From NCBI GenBank assembly GCA_011109175.1, contig RDEW01000018.1, positions 887,345 to 951,344 on the forward strand: a stretch of DNA of 64,000 bases, in the 5' to 3' direction. Made by a program: the position numbers and the translations under genes. A model generated the notes under the pieces. It made no database searches. It was not told where the DNA came from and saw only the letters and a program-made list of their open reading frames with translations. Shown in pieces: positions 1 to 11,999 of this stretch (positions within the stretch are counted from its first letter, which is position 1; each line of letters opens with the position of its first letter). Origin of the DNA: Dicyema japonicum (Eukaryota; Animalia; Dicyemida).

Positions 1-107
1 ATCAGAAAGTTTGAGATTTCAATGGACTGCTATATATAATAAACAAACATGATGTATCTAGCATTTCAATAATTCTGAGAGTAGTATATCAATATCTGAG
101 ATCGATT

Positions 108-470
108 GTGAAGACGAATCTATTATTTAAGCACTTCACGAGAGCCATATTAATTATAGCCCCCCGCATGTGCAGCAAAAGAAACAAGGTTAGATGTCAT
201 CCTTTTCCATGCTCCCTTGTTCCTAGCCAATTTTTAATGTTGTCCAGGTCGTCGGCATTTTTTAGATTTTTTTTAATATTGACCAGGTCTTTTTGTAAAA
301 CTATTTTGGCAGTGTTGTTCTAGGTCTTCCACAATTGCGGCCTTCTTGACTAACATAGTATGTTTCCATAGATATGTTCGGTGGTGATGTTAATTCCATC
401 CTCAGCACGTGTTGAAGAGCTTCCATCAGGATCCCAGTACTTCTAAGCTTTAAGGTGATATGTCTTCTAA
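108..470 (-). mobile_element. 3' end fragment of RTE-like LINE
   Basis: Near-identical to 58097-58420 (HVLRMELTSPPNISMETYYVSQEG...GRPRTTLP plus the same 3' UTR). Confidence 0.85.
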
Positions 471-589
471 GATGATAGTCTATCATTTATTTCTTTATTG
501 TTAAAATTTTAGAAGTAATTTATTTTTTTATTTAATTTTAAGTAATAGCCGATTTTATTAGATACAGTACCCCTCATTAATTCGAATAA

Positions 590-790
590 ACCTGTGTGGA
601 TACCTTCTCCACTTCACTCCATCTGAGATCTGCTCAGAACCCTGGATCTGCAGTCAACGCAGCAGAATTGGCAAAGATCCAGAAGTACTCGGCCGTTGGA
701 GACCGACTCATACCAGTGCCCATAGAACGTCGGAAACGAAGGATCCCTCACTGCGGAATTTCTGAAAGAAATAAGAGGGAAGCTAGCTAG
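590..790 (+). mobile_element. CRE-like RLE retrotransposon fragment
   Basis: VDTFS...AAELAKIQKYSAVGDRLIPVPIE resembles the RLE region of the CRE-like copies at 1646 and 19029. Confidence 0.6.
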
Positions 791-826
791 CCAATTTCCG
801 TTTGAATTGCTAGATGATATCCACCT

Positions 827-1300
827 CTAAGATATATAATCTCTCCAATTGTCCTTGTATCCAAAGTCTCTTGTACGTCCGAAAACTTTTTTCGAGCCAA
901 ATTCTATGCAAAGTTCTTCAAGTGTAGAATTTCGGAATTCTTTTCCATTATCAATATGTAATAAGACTGGTGGTCCAATTACACAGAATATTCCCGTTAA
1001 TATATTCGATATTTCAGATGCAGATTTTGCAGGTTCCACGACACCAATTTTTGGAAAAATAATCTATCAGTACAAGAATCCTTTGTAAAATGAAATTATT
1101 AGACCAGAGTAATTCTCGTGAATATCTCCTTAAGTTAACAAGATATCAGTCACGTGTGGGATATGCTATTATTGTCGTTATTGAGGGTTTAGTAGTTATC
1201 AAACGGAGAGACTACACTAATTAAAACAGTTAAACCTGACAGAAAGTACATTTGAATACGACACTATATACCTCATTTCTGGTGATCACGTAAATTTTGT
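827..1300 (-). mobile_element. degenerate rve integrase (KRBA2/SCAND3/Ginger-type)
   Basis: LTGIFCVIGPPVLLHIDNGKEFRNSTLEELC contains the DNGxEF integrase core; upstream CTFCQ zinc-finger remnant with stops. Confidence 0.7.
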
Positions 1301-1619
1301 TTTTTTAGCAAACTATAGACCACTCGGGACATTCGGCTGTTTTTTGAAGAATTAGATATATTTATAACTACAAAATAACCAAACAATATACTTCATATCC
1401 ACCTCTATATTATCCTATAAAATGCAGGATATTTCGTTCGTATCCAAAGTGAATTAACACTCAAGAATAATAGAAATTTTACTAAACTTTAAGTTTAAAT
1501 CGTACTAAGCCATTTTTTCAGATGCATCTCATATTTTTTGTTATAAAAATTACCGGCAGGCATAAATCAACGTGAAATAATAATTTATTTTTTAAATTAA
1601 TTATTTAAATATATAATTT

Positions 1620-2580
1620 ATATATAAACAATAAAATATTATTTATTAACTATGAGGGAGAGCGGCTGCTGACATTACGGAGTAAGCGTTTCCGCGAACA
1701 ACTGCGATCCAAATTCGTTGCCTCAGCCAGACCGCTTCCCGCACGTCTTTCTTGCGGTGGGCCAATTTCCTCACGATTTCCTTCAGGAAAGAGGCTGTAA
1801 TACTTCCGGCCGCACCAGACATCTCGATTGCCACCGGTACAAAACTGTAGCGGTCCGCAATTTCGCCATATTTTTTAATCTTGATTTTTTCGGTCTGATC
1901 GGCTGCCGATCCAGCAGACTTCGCCGAGCTGAGTATCATCGAGTTCGAGAAAATCCACAACAGTGCAGTCCCATATAGCGATTTTCCATCTGTGAACGGA
2001 AAGATAGTAAACCCATCCGGTCTTTTCTTGTCTCCGCGGTCCAATTCCACAAGTTCCACTACTGCCGGGAAGCCTCTAGCTTCAAGAGCACATGACAATG
2101 TGTTCATAGCAGCATGGCGGGTGCTCTGCCTGCACTCCTTTTGCACGAGAGCGGATGCAGCCGGTTGCCATCGACGATCCCTCCACAACTACATTGATAT
2201 TCGAAGCAAACATCAACTCCCAGGCGTTATGCGATCCAATTCGAATACAGTCATTGTCCAAAAGGGTCCCCAGGGAGGAACATGGGAGTGCATCCAGCCA
2301 CGCTTCGCTCCCATGATTGGCGGCGGACACGAGGCATGCAAGACGATGCTGGTTGGCCTCAGACTTTAGCACGTCGAAAATATTCTTGGAGTAAATCTCG
2401 TCCCAGTCACGTTGCCTCGAAGAATATCCAAACCAGTTTCACACAATTTGCGACGAGCTTCGTCGAAGACTTTTTCCAAGAAAGTCCGGTTGGAAAACGT
2501 AGGATATCTTGGACCAAAAGGCTTCCACTTGAGAACGATGACACATATGCTGGAAAGATTTATATATTCGTTATAATTAT
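1620..2580 (-). mobile_element. 5'-truncated CRE-like non-LTR retrotransposon (RLE domain)
   Basis: RHAAMN...GDKKRPDG...KYGEIADRYSFVPVAIE...WLRQRIWIAVVRGNA; paralogous to 18760-19750 with the same tail ctccc(t)catagttaataaataa. Confidence 0.85.
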
Positions 2581-2859
2581 TTAAGTATTTAATCGGACAT
2601 TTTTTCATTTTTACATCATACGGATTTACTGTGTTGAGGTGATGATGTGTCTCTTTCACAAATGTCGTTTTCACGTTTGATATCTAGCCTGTTCTCTCTT
2701 GGCAACCTAAAAGTTAGATGACTCAATCCTATTTATAAAAACTTCAGCTGGGAAGAGACCTGGAACGATATAAACAATCCATATGTTGCCTACAGAAGAC
2801 TAAAATAACAGACAACGGAACATAGCGAGTTAGAAATTAGTGTCTGATTACCCTCCCAA

Positions 2860-3140
2860 CAACCTGTTGTCACTATGGACTTGGATATGCAATTCAACTT
2901 GCAATGTACGATCGTATTCTACAAATTAAATGGGGAACCAACCCCAATTCCGTGGTGACAATCATAGACATATACGTGCCGAATGGAATCCGAGCCTCTG
3001 CAAACCCGGAAGAACTCGATGAATTTTACTCTGCGCTCTCAGTCAGTTCATCATCTTATGCTTTACTGCCGGGGACTTGAACGCTAAAGCAGGATTGGCT
3101 AGACCGATAAAAACATGTATTGGATCTCCTGGAACTACTC
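2860..3140 (+). mobile_element. degenerate RTE-like apurinic endonuclease fragment
   Basis: YGLGYAI, DRILQIK, PEELDEFYSAL and AGDLNAK motifs match the RTE element at 60600-60900. Confidence 0.6.
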
Positions 3141-3311
3141 CGATTAAATTATTTGTTTTTGCAAGAAGGCCCATAGGATTCGATTTCTTCATATGATTAG
3201 AAACAAACATGTACAACACCACAACAATAATAAATTTCTAATTAAATTGAACACACTTGTCATAGATTAGAAAAATATTTTTCCAATAACCTTCCCAACA
3301 ACTTATCAGTT

Positions 3312-5050
3312 TTAGACACTTTGATAATTTTATTAAACTTTATGGGAAAATTATAGAACACGTCGGAAAACCATGTTAATTTTGTGAATTTAATTAAATT
3401 AGTTTTAATTTTATTTACTAATAAAATTTATTATTATTTAAGACGACTGTAATTTCTTGTTTCATCTTGAACTTCTCATTCTACACTTTGACGACACAGA
3501 AAAATTGACAAGACGAAGTAATGGATCGTGGATCTCTGTATTAAATAATAATTATTAAGAACTGGAATGAATGTCAATTTTCTGGCGTATACTCTGATTC
3601 TCAAATATATGAATTAAGAGTTCATTACATTAAATTTCAACATGATGTCAATTTTTCAGTTATGGGAATGAATTTACACAATGTGCATTAAATATTAATT
3701 ATTCATAGTTACTGTCAGAATCATGAGTTTAAAATCTGTAAACAAACAAACATTCCCATCTAGCATTTACGACTTGCTGTATATATTTTTATAGTATAGA
3801 CTTTTGCAAGAATGTAATTCCCTCACATTCATAACAATCGATTTTGCAAAAAAATTTATCATTTCTCGAATCTGTGTATATTTTTTTGTAATTTATGTAG
3901 TATTTTCCTCAAAGAATAAAGTTATTCAAATTTTTAGAATTGGTTCTAATTTTGTTGAATTGCATAAGTATTGTTAATAATGTAGTGTTATCGTGTGCAG
4001 GAATCCATTTGATAATCCAGAGGCGTATGACATCATATTTAGTATAGACATATGGCACAACCTCGTCATTCAATACATATTGAAAACAATGACTTGCAGA
4101 TGTTCGAAAGTAATACATTTACGGTAGGCAACACGCGATAGAAGAAACACGTAATTAGTAGTGAATTTCAGACTGCAGAGCCATTAGGGACAGGAACAAT
4201 GTACTTGGCATTTGCGTAGTTTAATACAACATTTAAACAACTTGATTGGTTATTTTTCAGGGATATAATTTGGTGTTAATTAATTGATTTCATTATTTAA
4301 ATAATATCCTGATTGGCCAACTGAATCACACAGCTACTCTCTTGCCTCGGAAAGCATAATTTCATTTCAAAAATCGATGAAGGAATTAATCGAATGATGG
4401 GTGATAAAAAACGGACAGTTTTCCTCAGATTTAAGGAGAATGATGTGAGCATTATCACAATTCATATAGGGACTTTAATCCCAAGCTTTGCTCACACATG
4501 CTTACTGTCAAAAGGAAGATTAATATATTCAAACAGTTGAAAACGATGATGGGACTATTGAGTCTATAGGAACATCTTCATTTCACCGCGATTACTACAA
4601 TATAATCCAAAATGGAACCATCTTAAACACAAAAGTTCATACAACTCCTTGTGGAAGATTCAGATAGGATCAAAAGATCAAAACACACACAAGGAAGTTT
4701 ATCTTCCCTACCCATAAAGATCACAGTAAAACGAAACACTTGGGACTCCAGGCGTTATTGGTTTTAACGAGGATATTAACGATTTATTACTTCGTCTTGG
4801 CAATTTTTCTGTGTTGTCAGAACGTAAAATGAGAAGTTCAAAATGATAAAAGTGAACAGCTATAAGATTAAACATCAAAATAATGAATTTACATGTAACC
4901 ACAAAAAATTAGCAGTCGTCTTAAATAATATTAATTTTATTAAAAAATAAAATTAAAAAATAATTTAATTAAATTCACACAATTAACATGGTTTTCCGAC
5001 GAGTTCAATAATTTATCATAAAGTTAAATAAATTTGTCAAAGTGTCTAAT
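3312..5050. repeat. long imperfect inverted repeat pair (3312-3545 vs 4765-5050)
   Basis: About 145 bp of AT-rich sequence (tagacactttg...cgtcggaaaaccatgttaat...ttaagacgactg) plus about 85 bp of coding-like sequence recur on the opposite strand. Confidence 0.75.
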
Positions 5051-5499
5051 AACTTTGCCATAATGTCTAATAACTTTGTCAAAATGTTTAAAAATTTTGT
5101 CAACAAAATCAATATTTCTCGAATAATGAATTAAAAATCAATTTGCGCAAAAATCAATTTTTACATGAATTCTGAAGATAGGCTATAACTTTGCTAGTCG
5201 AGGACAGTTTAAGTATGATACGGGTTCTACTTTCAATAACAGAATTGAAAGTTTGGGTTGACTCTGAGCGCTTTCGCAAAATTAATATGTACATTGCACT
5301 TTAGAAGGTAACTCACTCAGTTGAACAATACTCAAACATGTGTCGATAACGTAATTGCTTTCGACAGAAAACAACTAATGACTCACTAGGAACACACTTC
5401 CAAATGGTTACAAAAAACCAAACTTATACAAAGCTTGCAAATAGGGATAAAATGCTTACTAAGCTCCGAATGGGATTATTTCGGCATTTAAAAAGAACC

Positions 5500-6295
5500 T
5501 TTTAGAGGGAAGTCACGAACAACTTTGACATCAATAATGAACATCTATCTAAAATATTCTAATAGACGCAGAGGTCTAAACAACCTCCGAAAAATCGCAA
5601 TATCGATAAGAATGTGGTTGTGTCCAACAGTCTCATAGGTAATATGGCCCGCTATTTTATCGAACTCCGGATAGAAAACTTCGGATCTATCTACGCTGAT
5701 GTCAAATACCTCAACGAGATTATACTCCAAGCTTGCATAAGATTCATTCTGATGTGTCGTCCTCAACGTCATTCACACACGAGCTCTAATAAAACAAAAA
5801 ATAATCTGAAGAACTTCTAATGACAATCTGTGGAAGTAACTGAAAGGATGTCAAAACCGAATAAAGAAATCACGCGGAACATAACAAAACACAACAAAGA
5901 ACGTTGGGAATCCGTGCTCAGAAAAGCTAGGAATAATACTTCCTCCTCTGTATTATGGAAATCGATCAGGAGGCTCAAGAAATGCTCTCCACATTTAAAT
6001 GGACATGGAGAGGCATGTCTAAATCAATAACATTGTGAAGTCTATGTTCCATGAAAGCCAAAAAGGGATTCAAAAATTACTAAACAGTTGACCTCTGGAA
6101 TGTCTTAATCTTCAATAGCTCTGGAGTCTTTAAGAATCGAGGAACGTGTCGTTGCGACTACGAGGATTCAGTTATACTTCCGATACGCACTTACATGGTT
6201 CGAAGAAAAAACATCCTGTCGAGCTGAAGTCTCTCTTGGAGCGTGTCGGGATCACGTGACTAGTTAATTTGGTGTTACCATGGTCTTTTAAATTT
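5500..6295 (+). mobile_element. degenerate I-group/Jockey-like LINE with internal deletions
   Basis: KHNKERWESVL...LWKSIRRLKK linker region and the family 3' tail gatcacgtgac...ttaccatggtc at 6250-6290. Confidence 0.55.
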
Positions 6296-6619
6296 TTTTT
6301 CATTATTTTATGACAGTCTGTCTCCCACATGTTAGTGATGTTGGGAAACTAACAAGAAGGCAACTAAAAGGTTATGACTGCTGTTAGAAAATATCGTAGT
6401 GAATTTTCCCAACATATGTGTGACACTTTTGTAACTACAAAAAATGTAGAATCTTTTGTCTATGTGTCACTGTAAAAATATCTGATTTTCTTATTCCACC
6501 TACTAACTCTTGAATCAATAAGGTCACTAAAGCTTTGTCGAATCTGATTTTCCCTAATAAAAATTTTTCATTCATTCATTTTCTGGGTATTTTCCTTCAC
6601 TACGACTACCAAAAAAATA

Positions 6620-7550
6620 TAGAAAAAATTTACTTTTTTTTTAAATTTGTAAAGCCAGTCCAATTTGCATTTTTGTAATCATAGAAATGAATAGGATTCG
6701 GTACAAAACGTAGCTCGCAGTTCAGCCTCATTATCATTGAATGGTCGTCACTCCGTAGGTAATAACGGACCGTCCAATTAATGATCGGGGAAGACGAGGC
6801 GAGCAGATTGATAAGTCCGGAGATGTCACCATGTCCATCGTGTTGCATGGTGTCCTAGTGTTCTTTTTCGGATTGTTGATGACTTTTAAGTTTTGCATTT
6901 TGGATAATATCAGGATTCCTCTGTTATCAGCGGCCTGAGAGCGGAGCACAGAGGTCTCCACATAGTTCTCCATTTTGTCCAAGGTCGATAGGTAAAAACA
7001 GAAATTTTTCTTGAAGGAACTCGGAGGAGGAACATAAATATTTGCAATTTCAATTTTTCCAAGGAAGTTACAACAGAAATTATAATTAGCTCCGTGTTCG
7101 AGCCTTCTATTAGGATCTTGTAAGGAGAAGGGTTCTCAAGGTTTTTTATTCCTTTTCTTAAAAGAATCAGTAGACCCCCTCTTTGGCCAGATGGACGTCG
7201 GATCTTATTGTGTTGTGTCCATTAAAAAGAGGAGTAGGAATGTATTTTGAAAATCTTCGTTTCCTGGAGAAGGCAGATATCTACTCTGTTCCTCTCCAAG
7301 GTATTGAAAGTTCGCCAATCTTTCCTCTGATCCCGTTTATGTCTACGCTCTGGATTGTTAACTTCTTTGGGCATGGGTTTTGTTCCACGTCTCCTGAGGT
7401 CAACAGTCTCAATCTATAAAATATTCCAAAATTGAAAGAACACCCTTCAGTGTGAAGTCCTCTGGTTGGTAAGGAGCAAAAGGTTCTTTTTATATATAGT
7501 TTATGATTAAATCCGAAGCCACCTGATATAGTGAACCTCATGACGCACAC
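6620..7550 (-). mobile_element. 5' part of APE-type LINE (ingi/Vingi-like) with 2A-like leader
   Basis: Short leader, then RLLTSGDVEQNPCP directly followed by the APE start LTIQSVDINGIRGKIGEL; later SDH and YDYKNANW APE C-terminal motifs. Confidence 0.7.
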
Positions 7551-7659
7551 TAATAATGAATATTATGGTGTTTTTAATTAAAATAAAATTTTATTTTATT
7601 CCACATTCAAATAATTGATTTCCTAAACGTCTTAATAAAATACTAGGGGAAAATCTCTC

Positions 7660-8260
7660 ATAAAAACCATATTCAAAAGATCCAGTCAAGAGCAACAAAA
7701 TTACTGGAAAAATATACAGATAAAGAAATTGCCCCCAGAGCACTCGAGTCTATCATAGAGGCAACTTGAAGTAATTTCAGAAGAGGAGGGGAAAAAGATC
7801 CCGTCCGTATAGAAATTATGTGGGATCACGGTCGGAAGGGACCAATTAACTTATTTCACTGAAAAGGAGGTAATTCATCTCTAAGCCAAACAAAAGTAAC
7901 ACATTCACATGGTCCAGACGGAATTTCCATCCTACTGAAAACCTAGGCAATGAGGGAATCGGTACCCTAACCAAAATATATAAATGGTCGATTAACTATA
8001 GCTTAATCCAACGAAGTGGAAACTTGAAGTCATCCGCCCAGGATTGAAGCCCGGAAAAACGAAAGAAGACTTAGCTTCTTTCAGTCATATTTCCCCCTTT
8101 TGCTCTATGTCAAAAATTCTGGAAAAGCTCAAAAATCACTGGTTTCAATAAAGATCGGTCAACAACAGGCTTCCTCAGCTCGCTTACTAACTTTATTCGC
8201 TCTGGATTTCTGTGCAAGCCAAGACACCAGAAAACCGTGCTATGTTCGTCATCTTTTGAC
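7660..8260 (+). mobile_element. degenerate LINE reverse transcriptase fragment
   Basis: HGPDGIS...KPGKTKEDLASFSHIS...SKILEKL (RT domains 0-2) with frameshifts. Confidence 0.6.
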
Positions 8261-8959
8261 TTATCTAAATTAGTTAAATGTTTATTCGATGAGATGACGA
8301 CTACTTGGAAATTTATAGAAAACAAATTTTCGTTAGGAATCATCTATGACTACAATTTAAATAAATCTAATTTCACTTTATATTATGGTGAATCAGATGA
8401 TCTTTCTCTTGTATATTAATTTTTAATGGTGCTTAACATTTTTACTTGATTATATTTTTGAGATATTCATAAATCTTGATAATTGGCTATTTTCCTTATC
8501 GTACTATTGTTTTCAAGGTAATATAGTCCGACCTCTATTTGGGACGCACCTCCGGGGTGGGGCACCTCTATTATTGGGGAAAACTCCGTTTTGGGGCGCT
8601 CTATACATTTTCTACCAAAAGTATGACAAATTGAAATTTATTTCCAAAGACCACAGTTAAAGATAAAAACAAGAAATAATGTGATCCCGGCGAATTTCAA
8701 TAGAGCTCTTAGCTTGGCCCGGTGGTCTTGCTCTTCTGGTATCGTTAAGTTTAGCCTCCTTTTCTTCTTATAAGGTCTTCCAAGGGTGTAGGTGTAGAAT
8801 TTAGATCGCCTTTGATCCAGTTTTCTATCACGGAAAAGGCTGTTTTTTGGGTTGCCACAATTCTCTGGGCATTCGTCCGAGAAATTGAGGTATATTAATT
8901 GAACACTTTATTATGGAGCATTAATTTTTTATTATAAAAAATTAATTGTATGATTTTAT

Positions 8960-9720
8960 TAAACCGATTTAAAAAAATAAATATTTTAAAAGTCACGTTT
9001 CATTTCAAATTTTTTGCATTGATTTTTCATCCCGGCTTTAAAAAATTAATGAAAAATGATTTTCAAAAAAATCTTAATGTTATTGGATAACGCTGCCTGC
9101 CACAAAACATCAACGTTTAGTAATATTAACTTGTATTTTTGCCAAAAAATACTACATTTCCTCAACCATTGGATGCTCGATTCATTATAAATTTCAAAGA
9201 TAGTTATTTAAACTGTCTAATCGATTTCTTTTGTTTTCAATACGATCAGAATTTGTTTATCGAATCTCTATCCAAATTAAATTTTCGGCAACTGGTAACT
9301 ATAATCTCATATGCATGGACTATCTGCTGAAATTATTTCTAACTGCTGGCAAAAAAATTTTTCTACAATCTCTCTTACTTAAATTGCATAAATGAATCAT
9401 CCGAAAAATATTTAATAATGTTATTGATGAATTTGAAATTGAAGAAGATCTCGATGAGAATATAGACTGTGAACCATCAATGTCAAAAACTTTAATTTTG
9501 ATGAAAAACCTAGAGGCAAACATTATTGACTCCAGACTATCTTCATAATTTTTATGAATTCAGAAAAAAAGTGAGATAGGAATAAAAAATGAATATGGAG
9601 AGAAAATTACTGATTACATAAAAAATAATGTCCTTTTTGTTTATTTATCGAGCTATATGGCAAACCTCTATTTTGGGGAATCCTCTAATTGGGGCATTAC
9701 GTGGCCCATTTTAAATATAT
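8960..9720 (+). mobile_element. 3' half of pogo/Tigger DDE_1 transposase (degenerate)
   Basis: LLDNAACH, PKNTT.PQPLD..II.NFK..Y and acidic C-terminal EFEIEEDLDE; short ctcta(t)tt(t)gggg repeats at 8530-8600 and 9665-9695. Confidence 0.7.
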
Positions 9721-10463
9721 TTTTTTTAAATTCCCAAATTATTCAAAAATAGTTCAGGAACAATTTTGGGCCAATTTAAGAGACTTTATGGACTATTTGC
9801 TGAAAAATGGTAATTGCTTTTAATTATGGTAACAATAAGGATAAGTACTGCTTACTTGAATATTATGAATTAACACAATTTTATATTTCGAAAATTACTT
9901 AGATATGTCAAATCTTCCATATTTGTTGATAATAAAGATTTCACTCCAAGACTACCAAAATTCTACAGAATTTTTCCGGGTCAGTGACGGGACTAACTAT
10001 CTTACGTAATTAAGAGACTGCGCTTGATCCTACAAGCATACAGAGTGCAAATGATTCATAACTGCTAAATTTTTTCATAAAAATCTTATATGATACAAAT
10101 TTAAAACTTCTACTAATGTGTGTGGTTCAGTTAGAGTTCTGAGGAGATACAAATTATATAAGAACTTATGTATGTTGAAAATGTCAAAGTCTCATGTTTG
10201 AATGAAACTAATTATTCAATAATATAAAAATTACAAAAATAGGTCTAATTTGCAAAATAGATCTGAATTGAAAAAAATTTATTGCAAGCATTAAATGAGC
10301 AATCAGTTTCTCTTCCAACTAAATACGCTGAGCTTATGAAATTAGAAGCAATGAGTACGCGGTTTTGTCAAATTTTTTAGAATTATGTTCATTGGAGATC
10401 AGGGAATATAAACTGGTTGTATATCTAAATAACTAATCGTAGAACCAAGGAATGATCTTCACT

Positions 10464-10663
10464 TCTTTTTTTTCTTTTTCTTGTGTGAGTGTCCTTTCTA
10501 GACAATCCAGTTCCGCAGTGAGTATTCACTAATGACGGCGTCACTCGTCAAACCATTTCTGCATCGTAGATGCGTGGAACCTTCCACCAGGTGAACAGCA
10601 GCGAGATTCGAACACGTAGCCTAAGCCACTTAAGCCCGACACCTAACCACTAAGCCACCTGGT
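10464..10663 (-). mobile_element. tRNA-derived SINE
   Basis: A box TGGCTTAGTGG (10647-10657), B box GTTCGAATC (10605-10613), body shared with 16460-16640, A-rich tail. Confidence 0.75.
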
Positions 10664-10685
10664 TGTATATCTCAGCTCAAAAATA

Positions 10686-11106
10686 GGGTTCACGGTTAAT
10701 TCTTCTAAACAATTCGTCTAATTAACAATTCATCTAATATCAATTCGTCTAATTAACAAATCGTATAAATCGTCATGTTTGTCTAATACTTTGAAGACAC
10801 TTGGATAGGTTTAAATTTTATATATTTAAAACATAGGCCAGTTATCAATAATATTCGTCGTCCACCTCATTTTTCACTAAAAATGTGGAATGTGTATAAC
10901 TATATTCTTGCAGAAGACAAATAATTCCGTAGAAGGTAGGAATGATTCTATATTAATATTTTTAAAGGTTGGCATAGATCCTTTCAAACACAAGTTAGAT
11001 CGCACCACCCTAATATATGGAAATTTATCGAGTGTCTGAAAAAAGAACAAAATTTGAATGAATCATTATTCGAATGAATCATTTTAGATGAATTTTCTGG
11101 TTACCC
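10686..11106. mobile_element. MITE-like element with imperfect TIRs and subterminal aattc(g/a)tc repeats
   Basis: Left end gggttcacggttaattcttctaaa vs reverse complement of right end gggtaaccagaaaattcatctaaa; tandem aattcgtctaa motifs at 10700-10760. Confidence 0.5.
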
Positions 11107-11149
11107 AAAAATTGGTAGTAAACTAAGTAACGTATTCATTCTGAGTGAG

Positions 11150-11400
11150 ACTCTATTGCTGGGTATTCTGCTGAAGTTGGATCTGATCCAGAAATATCGG
11201 GTCCGACCTCAGGACATGTCCAAAGAGTCTCCAACGAGAGCTTGGATTTCTTTTAACTCCTTTGCTAGTTCTGTATGTATCGTCCGACCCATTCTGGCAA
11301 TCTCCCGCGTGACGAGTTACTGGCTTGCTGATTCGTTTATTATATTCTCTGTGTGATTCCACGAAATTTCTACTGTTAGGTCCTTCAGATGAGAGCAGAT
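11150..11400 (-). mobile_element. RTE-like LINE C-terminal fragment
   Basis: SRWRLFGHVLR motif, same as in the RTE element at 58380. Confidence 0.55.
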
Positions 11401-11999
11401 GTATTTTAAGTATAATTTTAGTATGGCATACATTATTTTAAAATTAGCTAACTAAATCACTGTTTATTTATTTTATTATTAATATAATTATTTCTTGTTG
11501 TGATGAACCTGTTTGTTTCAATTAATCAGAATGGGACATTACCCACAGACCCACATGCTATTGAGCCGGATGGACAAAACAATGATAACGCAGTCGAAGT
11601 GGCCCAAGAGGTGTTCGGGGTACAAGAAATTGGTGCCAGACTACCTTATCTAATTTCTCAACTGGAGAGTCGGTCAAATATAATATCTTTCCAGTCGATT
11701 ATCGACCAGATGGATAAAAAAGACAAAGTTTAGTGGGTTTCGGAAAATTGGAAATATGTTCAAAAACGAAATATCATATTAAAAAGATGCTATATATGAG
11801 TTTTGTTACCAAGTTCGTGATGTTAAACCCTCGCGATGGTCGTAAACATACACAGAAATTAAAGTATCAACTTCTTAGAAAGGAGGTTGTAATTGCTATT
11901 AACGCTGCAATCAATAATAATATAATCATTTCCACAAACAATATTGTTTTCTTTTCAGCCGCTATATAAAGAAAAAAACAAAGGCAAATACAAGAGCAG

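Noticed and set aside
563-590. pogo-type TIR (ta-cagtacccctcattaattcgaat)
   Set aside because: No matching partner end was found in the window.
11500-11970. Merlin/ISXO2-like transposase or a host gene
   Set aside because: No catalytic DDE motif or clear family signature was found.
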